NCBI GenBank assembly: GCA_963836745.1
Contig: CAWIKJ010000017.1
Span: forward strand, 339,399-403,398
From: an uncultured Actinomycetota bacterium
Lineage (GTDB): Bacteria; Actinomycetota; Actinomycetes; Propionibacteriales; Nocardioidaceae
Direction of reading: 5' to 3'
DNA length: 64,000 nt
The notes beneath the pieces are model-generated. The model was given only the letters and a program-made list of their open reading frames with translations, was not told the DNA's origin and searched no databases. Made by a program: the position numbers and the translations under genes. This document shows, one piece after another, positions 56,084 to 64,000 of the stretch (positions are counted from its first letter, which is position 1; each line of letters opens with the position of its first letter).

Positions 56084-56760
56084 TCAGAGGCTTCTCGGGC
56101 CGAGCAGTCCACGCTCGTGGGCCACCACCACGGCCTCCAGCTGGGAGTGCACCCCGAGCTTGGCCAGGAGCGACTTCACGTAGCTGCGGCAGGTGTGGAG
56201 CGAGATGTCGAGGTCCTTGCTGATCGAACGCACGTCACGTCCTGAGGCCAGCAGCGTCAGCACCTCGTGCTCTCGCGGGGTGAGCGGCGAGGCCGGCCCC
56301 TCAGGAGCGCTCAGCATGCTGTCCATCAGACGAGGGGTCACGGTGAACAGGCGGGGGCGCACTCGCATGATCATGTCCAGCAGGTCGTCCAGGGCCCCGT
56401 CCTTGGGCAGCATCGCGCTGGCTCCCGCGCGCACCACCTCCGACATCAGGTGCGGCGTGGGGTAGGCGGTCAGGATGACCACCGCCACGTCGGGCCAGTG
56501 CTCAGTGATCGTGGCAGTCGCCTCCACGCCACTCTCGGGCCCCAGTCTCACGTCCATCACGACGACGTCGGGCTGCTCCTGGGCGACGAGCGGACGGCGC
56601 TGCTGATGGAGTCGGCGGTCCCGACGCAGGTGAGCTCCGGGTGGGCCCCGAGGCCCATGGTCAGCAACTCCGCGAAGGTGCGGTGGTCGTCGACGACGAC
56701 CACTCGACGTGCCGCGCCAACCTGATGTGCATCCAACGTGTCAACACCCAACCCCCGCAA
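56084..56760 (-). CDS. NarL/LuxR family response regulator (frameshift ~56590)
   Basis: VVDDH, MDVRL, ILTA, LPK, LTPREHEVL...LLAKLGVHSQLEAV. Confidence 0.88.
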
Positions 56761-56913
56761 CCCCCCGCCACGCTGGCGCGCAGGGGAAGCTCCCGCTGTA
56801 GAGGACGTACGTTACGACAGGGTGAGCGTGTGACGCCACGCCGAGCCGGTCCGTACGGGTTCACGCAGCCAGGCGAAACCCGAGCGTCGCGGTCGCCACC
56901 AGCAGACCGGCGT

Positions 56914-57421
56914 TCAGCACGAGCGCGCGGGCCCGCGGCGGCACCGATCGGGCCAGCAGCACCACCAGCACCACCTCGGCGCCGATGCAGACAGGTCGAG
57001 CGCTCCGACCGGCTCGGTCCGGGACCCCGGGTAGACGGGCACGCCGTTGCCGACACCACCGGGTGCCGCGGCGGCGGCCTCTTCGGCGACCACGTGGTCC
57101 CCACCGGTCGCGTGCGCCGGCGCGAACGGGAGGTCACGGGTCCGGCTGACGACGTAGAGCGCCACCAGGAACAGGTGCGTCACAGCGACGCCGACCCGTG
57201 CCCGGACTCCCGGGCGACTCCACCACCAGGACGGCGGCCAGCAGCAGCTGCCCGCAGCCCACCACGAGGAAGAAGAGCCCGGCCGGCAGCGACACCACGA
57301 GGTGCTCGGGCATGACCCAGAGGTGGATCACCCCGGCTACGCCGCACGCGGCCGCGGCAACCCGGGTCGACACCCCGGTCGAGGCCACGGTCGACGCTAC
57401 GGGGGCCGGCGCGAGGGTCAC
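56914..57421 (-). CDS. His-containing membrane protein (frameshift ~57195)
   Basis: AGVIHLWVMPEH...GLFF, YVVSRT..LPF, EPVGALDL; overlaps the MCO stop codon. Confidence 0.65.
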
Positions 57422-59018
57422 AGGTAGGTCTCCGGTCCGGTGCGGCACGGGTCGCTGAACGGGCTGTAGGGCGGGTTCAGCGGGTCGAGGATCTCGAACT
57501 GGGCCATCATGTCGTGGTCCTCGTGGACCAGGTTGTGGCAGTGCATCATGTACTTGCCCGCGTGCCGCGTCGAAGCTTGATCAGCACCCGGACGGTCTCG
57601 TTCTCGCCGAGGTAGACGACGTCCTTCGGGCCCCGCTCGTGGGCCATGCGGCGGCTTGCCGTTGCGGATCAGGATCCTGAAGTCGACGAAGTGGATGTGG
57701 ACCGGGTGGTGCCAGCCGCCCGAGGTGTTGCGAAGCTCCCAGATCTCGACGTCGTCGCAGCCGCGGGTTGGCCGAGCACCTTCGTGAAGCCGCTGGCGAC
57801 GACGTCGTCCCAGGTGCGTGCCGTTGATCGTCCACTGGCCGTGCTCGCGCTCGAAGTCGAACCGGCGGGTCGCGACCGCCTGCGCTCGGCGCAGCGGCAT
57901 CGCCGGGGTCGTCGGGGTTGAGGACGCGCGGGCACTCGTTGTTCGCGCGGGTCGAACGGGTCGCCGGTCGACCTCGAAGGCCATCACCTTGTCGGTGTTG
58001 GTGTAGTTGATGTTGTTCTTCGGGGCCGAGGTTGCGCAGCACGATCCGCGTGCCCGGCGCGTACTTGGCGAAGTCGATGACGACCTCGTAGCGCTCGGCG
58101 ACGCCGTGCCGGAAGCGTCTTGACGCTCTGCGGGGCCGGCATCAGCCCGCCGTCGGTGGCGATCACGCGTCAACGGCGTCGCCGGTCGCTGAGGGACCAG
58201 CTCGTAGGACCGCGAGATCGAGGCGTTGAGGATCCGGAAGCGGTACTTGCGCCGCGCCACCTTCATCACCGGCCAGGGCCGGCCGTTGACGAGGATCACG
58301 TCGCCGAAGAGCCGGACTCGCTCGTTGGTCGTCGAACAGCAGCGAGCCGTCCGCTGGTGAACATCGTGTCGGAGACGATCAGCGGGACGTCGTAGTCGCC
58401 GTGCGGGATCGGCAGCGACTGCTCGAGGTCGTCGTGCATGTGGTACTGCGCCGGCCAGGCCCATGTAGACGTTCTGCGCGGTGTGGTGCACGCCGTGGTC
58501 GTGGTACCAGAGCGTCCGGGCCTCCTGGGTGTTCGGGTAGCGGTAGTCCTTGAACTGGCCGGGGTTGGTGATGTCGCTGGCGTAGCCGTCGTACTGCGGC
58601 AGCGACGCGGAGCCGTGCAGGTGCACCGAGGTCCAGGGCGTGTAGCCAGCGTCGGGTGACGTCGACGGCAGGTTGTTGATCTGCCGGACCACGGCGCGCC
58701 GGCCGCGCGTGCACCTGGATCGTCGGGCCCGGGACCTGGCCGTTGTAGCCCCACATCGGGGTCTGGTAGCCCGGGATGCACGTCGGCGAGGAACGGGCTC
58801 CATCGCCACCCGGTAGTAGTCGGTGGTCGAGTTCGTGCGCACCGGCGCGAGGACCTCGGGCCGGTGGAACGGGGAGCGTGAACGGGCAGCGGCAGCGCAC
58901 TCTCGGCGATCCGGTCGGAGAGGCTGTCCTCCCCGGCCAGCGCACGCTCGATCGGGAGCCCGATCGCCACGCCACCGGCCACGGACAGCTTGAGCAGATC
59001 ACGACGGGACAAGGACAT
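57418..59018 (-). CDS. Tat-exported multicopper oxidase, bilirubin oxidase/CotA-like (many frameshifts)
   Basis: SRRDLLK; VHLHG, WYHDH, HPVHIH, HCHNLVHEDHDMM. Confidence 0.9.
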
Positions 59019-59218
59019 TGGCACCACCTTCCCCCGAGACGGCCAGTCGAGAATCGACAGGACGTTAGACCCCTGACCTTGCCGGTACCTTGAAGTGGCG
59101 AAGTGGTCCGGCCCATCGCCAGGCCGGCCGGGGCGCAAGGTTTCCGCAGGCGATCGTCCCGGATCTTGAGGGCACTGGACCGAGGTCCGTCGTGGACCCG
59201 GCGGGAGGGGAGATCGTC

Positions 59219-62200
59219 ATGGACACCGGAAGTGAGCAGGCGCACGAGAAGCCGACGGCAGGGGCCGACGCAGACGCATCGTTGCGGGCCGTCGGCCGTG
59301 GCACTGGCGGGCACACCACTGGGGGCTCCCACCGCGATCGTGAGCACCGCAGACGCCGCGGACGCCCCGTGGGGCAGGGCTTCACCCTGAACGGGTCGGA
59401 CATCCGGTTCATCAAGCCCAGATCACGATCGCGGAGCGGCACGTGGCAGACGCGGTCACCCGAGAACCCGTGCGGCACGCTGCTCGGGACGGCCACGGAC
59501 CAGATCCCGAACGGGAACCAGTCCGGCCCACCCTGCCGTTGGGTCTGCGCACCGTCGACGGCACCTGCAACAACCTGATCACCCGGCCAGGAGAGTCGGC
59601 GCCGCCGACAGCGTCTTCCCGCGGCACGCCGGCGTTCCCGCAGGCTGAGTCCGCGCCGCGCCGGCCCGGCGCCTACACGCAGAAGGTCGGCATCGTGGTC
59701 GACGACTCCAGCCGCGGCAGATCAGCAACCTGATCGTCGACCAGACGCGAACAACCCGGCCGCGGTCGCGGCGGCCGGCACCGACGCAGCCCGCTGACGG
59801 TCGACGGCGGACACCCTACTTCATCCCGAACGTGGCGCCCGACGTCGGCCTGTCCGCGCCGTTCAACTCCTGGTTCACCCTCTTCGGCCAGTTCTTCGAC
59901 CACGGCCTGGACCTGGTCACCAAGGGCGGCACGGCACGGTCTTCGTCCCGCTGCAGCCGGACGACCCGCTGTACGACCCGCGGCCGCGACGGCACCAACT
60001 TCATGGTGCTGACCCGCGCCACGAACCACGCCGATGCCGACTGGCCCGCACCACCGACGTGACGGACGCCGACCACGAGGCACGCAACACCACCACGCCG
60101 TTCGTCGACCAGAACCAGACCTACACCTCGCACCCGTCGCACCAGGTCTTCCTGCGCGAGTACGACGCTCGACGCCGGCCGGACGGCCCGGTCGCGACCG
60201 GCCGGACTGCTCGACGCGGCCCCGGCGGCGGCATCGCCAACTGGGCGACGTCAAGGCGCAGGCCCGCGACGGTGCTCGGCATCGAGCTCGAGCGACCCGG
60301 ACGTGCTCAACGTGCCGCTGCTGGCGACCGACCCGTACGGGCGACTTCCTGCCCCGGCCCGAACGGCTACCCGCAGCTGGTGACGTCCGACGGCCCGTCG
60401 ACCGGCGATCCCTCGGCCGACGGCGGCAGCCTGGCCACCCCGATCGCCACCGCCGACGCGGTCCGCACCGGCCACGCGTTCCTCGACGACATCGCGCACC
60501 ACGCGGTGCCGTCGGCGACCACGACGGCGACCCGGCGACGCCGCCGGACCGCTCGACGCCCGACGCCGACCCCGCACCGACGACGACGACGCCGGCGACC
60601 TACGACGACGAGATGCTCGACGCGCACTTCGTCGCCGGTGACGGCCGCGGCAACGAGAACATCGGCCTGACCGCCGTCCACCACGTCTTCCACTCCGAGC
60701 ACAACCGGCTGCGCGGACGACATCGACGAGCTGATCAACGACCCGGCCACCGGTCTGACCGCGGCCGAGCGTCGCCGAGCTGGCAGAGCGCCGACGCCCG
60801 CGGTCGGCTGGACCTACGGCGAGCGGCTGTTCCAGGCCGCCCGGTTCGTCACCGAGATGCAGTACCAGCACCTGGTCTTCGAGGAGTTCGCCCGCAAGGT
60901 GCAGCCGATGGTCAACCTCTTCGGGGGGCGGCACCGGCTACCACACCGACGATCGACCCGGCGATCGTGGCCGAGTTCGCGCACACCGTCTACCGCTTCG
61001 GCCACTCGATGCTCACCGAGACCGTGGCCCGGCGCAACGCCGACGGGCGGCAACCGGACATCGGGCTGCTCGAGGCGTTCCTGAACCCGCAGGCGTTCAC
61101 CGACGGCGGCCGCGACCGCCGACGCAGGCGGCCGGCGAGCATCGTCCGCGGCATGACGCGCCAGGTCGGCAACGAGATCGACGAGTTCGTCACCGAGGCG
61201 CTGCGCAACAACCTGCTCGGCCTGCCGCTCGACCTGGCCACGATCAACATGGCCCGGGCCCGGGACACCGGCATCCCGCCGCTGAACGAGGCCCGCCGGG
61301 AGTTCTTCGCCGCAGACCGGCAACCCGGCGCTGGCGCCGTACGAGAGCTGGGCCGACTTCGGCTTCAGCCTGCAAGCACGCGGAGTCGCTGGTCGAACTT
61401 CATCGCCGCCTACGGCACGCACCCCACCATCACCGGCGACCCGGCGCAGCGGCGCAACGCCGCCGAGATGATCGTGGACGGCACCGCCGGCGCCGACGGC
61501 ATCCCCGTCGACGACCCGCCGACGCCCGTGAACGAGGCCGCGACAACCCGACCGGCACCCAGCCGGCCGACGCGTTCGACTTCCTCAACGGCACCGGCAC
61601 CTGCGGCCGAGCGCCGACGGCAGCACGACCACCGGCGTCGACGACGTCGACCTCTGGGTCGGCGGCCTCGCCGAGAAGCAGATGCTCTTCGGCGGCCTGC
61701 TCGGCTCGACGTTCAACTACGTCTTCGAGACGCAGATGGAGAACCTGCAGGACGGCGACCGGTTCTACTACCTGACCCGCACCGCCGGCCTGAACCTGCT
61801 CACCCAGCTCGAGGGCAACTCGTTCGCCGAGCTGATCATGCGCAACACCGACGCCGAGGGCCTGCCGGCCGACTCTTCTCGCGGCCCGACCATCGTCTTC
61901 GACGTCGCCAATCGGGCGACGACCGGGCCCGATCCCGGACGACCCGACGACCGCCGACTAGAACGAGTCGACCGCTGCTGATCCGGATGGCCGACGGCAC
62001 ATCCGCTACGGCGGCGCCGAGCACGTCGTCTTCAACGGCACCGCCGGCGAGCGACCGGATCCGGTCCAGCGAGGGTGACGACACCCTCCGCGGCAACGAC
62101 GGCGACGACCGGATGGAGGGCGGCGACGGCAACGACAAGCTCATCGGCGGCGTCGGCGACGACATCCTGACCGACCTCTTCGGCGACGACAACCTCAAGG

Positions 62201-64000
62201 GCGGCGACGGCAACGACGCCCTGTCGTCCGGGCAGGGCTTCGGCGGCGACCTGAACCAGGGCGGCCCGGCAACGACTTCATCGTCGGCGGCAACGACATC
62301 GACCGAGACGTTCGCCGGGGCCGGCAACGACTTCGTCTTCGCCGGCGACGCCGAGGACACCGTCTTCGGTGACGACGGCGACGACTGGATCGAGGGCGGC
62401 AGGACCGTTCGACCTGCTGCAGGGCGACAACGGCGCCCCGTTCCAGGACGACCCCAACGAGCCCGGCCACGACGTCCTCATCGGCGACGGCGGCGAGACG
62501 GACTACGACGCCGAGGGCGGCGACGACATCATGGTCGCCGGCCCGGGCATCCAGCGGAACGAGGGCATGCTCGGCTTCGACTGGGTGACCCACCAGGGCG
62601 ACCCGCAGCCGGCCGACGCCGACATGGTCTTCACCGGCGCTGCTGCCGCCGAGCGTGGAGACCAACCGCGACCGCTTCGACCTGGTCGAGGCCCTGTCCG
62701 GCTGGAACTTCGACGACATCCTCCGCGGCGACGACCGGACGGTCGCCGACCTCGGCGTCCGAGCCACCGACGCTCACGAGCTGACCAGGCCGGGATCGCC
62801 CGGATCGCCGGAGCTCGGCCGGCCCTGCTGCCCGGCCGGGCACACCGACGTTCAACGGCGGCAACATCATCCTCGGCGGCGGCGGCAGCGACATGATCGA
62901 GGGCCGCGGCGGCGACGACATCATCGACGGTGACGCCTGGCTCAACGTGCAGCTCAGCGTGCGGGACGCGCTCAACCCGGCCACCGAGATCGGCTCCGCG
63001 GACGGGATGCGCAAGACGTACCTGCCCGCACCGAGCACCGTCACGCTGCAGCCGGCCGTCTTCGCCGGCACGCGTCGACCCGGGCGACATCGTGATCGTC
63101 CGGGAGATCGTCTCCCGGCGGCCAGGCCGGCGACGTCGACACGGCGGTCTTCACCGGGCCGATCGACGACTACACGGTCGTCAACCGACGGCGCGTGGAC
63201 GACGGTGACCGACACCGTCGGCACCGACGGCACCGACCGGTCCGCAACATCGAGCAGCTGCGGTTCGCCGACGGAGACGTGGACCTGGCCACCAGCCTAG
63301 CGCACCGGTGATCGGGACCGTGACGGCCGGTGACGGCTAGGCCACGGTGAACTTCACGGCCGGCCCCGCCAACGGGGCACAGCCGGTCACGGAGTTCCGG
63401 ATCCAGGTGATCACCGGCGGCAACGTCGTGGACACCGTGACCGGGATCGGCCCGACGGCCACCCTGGCCGTCGTCTCCGGGCTCACCAACGGCACCGCGT
63501 ACACCTTCCGGGTGATCGCGGTGAACGCGGCGGGTCGCAGCTAGCCGTCCGCGGAGTCCAACTCGGTCACGCCGAGACACGCCGGTCCCGACGGCTGGCA
63601 GTCCACAGCCGGCCGACAGCGCGATGGGCGTCTCGGTGAGCGGCCAACCAGACCGGCACGTTCAGCCGGCCGGTGACCAGCCCCAACTGGGGGGCCGCGG
63701 TGCAGCTGCGCAACAACTCCACGGGGGTGCTGGTGGCTCGGGTCGTCACCTACGAGGACGCGACGCGGACGGTGACGGTGAACCCGAACGCCAACCTGGT
63801 GCCGGGCGCGTCCTACACGCTCACGTTCATCGGCACCGGCATCAACGGGATCCGTGACGCTGCGGGGGCTCGGTTGCCCACCACGACGGTCGACTTCACG
63901 ACCGAGGGGGACACGGCGGCACCGGTCGTACACGGTCACAACCCGCGAACAACGCCATCAACGTGGCGCTGGCCGCGAACGTGATCGTGAACTTCAGTGA
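59219..64000 (+). CDS. Giant secreted heme peroxidase (peroxidase-cyclooxygenase superfamily, MopA/PepA-like) with RTX Ca-binding repeats, FnIII and Ig-like domains; runs off the window; many frameshifts
   Basis: GLRTVDGTCNNL, FGQFFDHGLDL, VDQNQTY, GDGRGNEN, EHNR, YRFGHS, LQDGDRFYY, GGDGND repeats, YTFRVIAVNAAG. Confidence 0.9.

Noticed and set aside
62070-62940. GGCGACGAC-type repeats as a possible CRISPR or VNTR
   Set aside because: Coding RTX GGxGxD repeats; there is no repeat-spacer structure

Overview
High-GC actinobacterial chromosome segment, most like Nocardioides/Propionibacteriales. The backbone (sigA/hrdB ... parE ... parC - GNAT/acyl-CoA synthetase - DUF5998 - alkaline phosphatase - tdk - DUF72 - rhodanese) follows the gene order familiar from Streptomyces. 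The sequence carries many 1-bp indels typical of uncorrected long reads, so most split ORFs are read here as intact genes, and their coordinates are approximate. Accessory material: (1) a small-gene islet at ~0.7-2.7 kb; (2) a 3.75-kb integrase-less LuxR/DUF4242 islet bracketed by a 99-bp duplication of the parE 3' end that differs only at synonymous sites; (3) a secreted copper-radical oxidase with a recent 918-bp domain duplication; (4) at the right end, a giant MopA/PepA-like heme peroxidase divergent from a Tat multicopper oxidase, a two-component system and a SARP-type regulator. Other highlights: a probable ATC start codon for parE, a candidate ~190-nt structured sRNA inside the pxpABC operon, a REP-like repeat sitting in frame inside an MFS gene, and SigR/SigH-type promoters. 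No tRNA, rRNA, CRISPR array, integrase or transposase was found.
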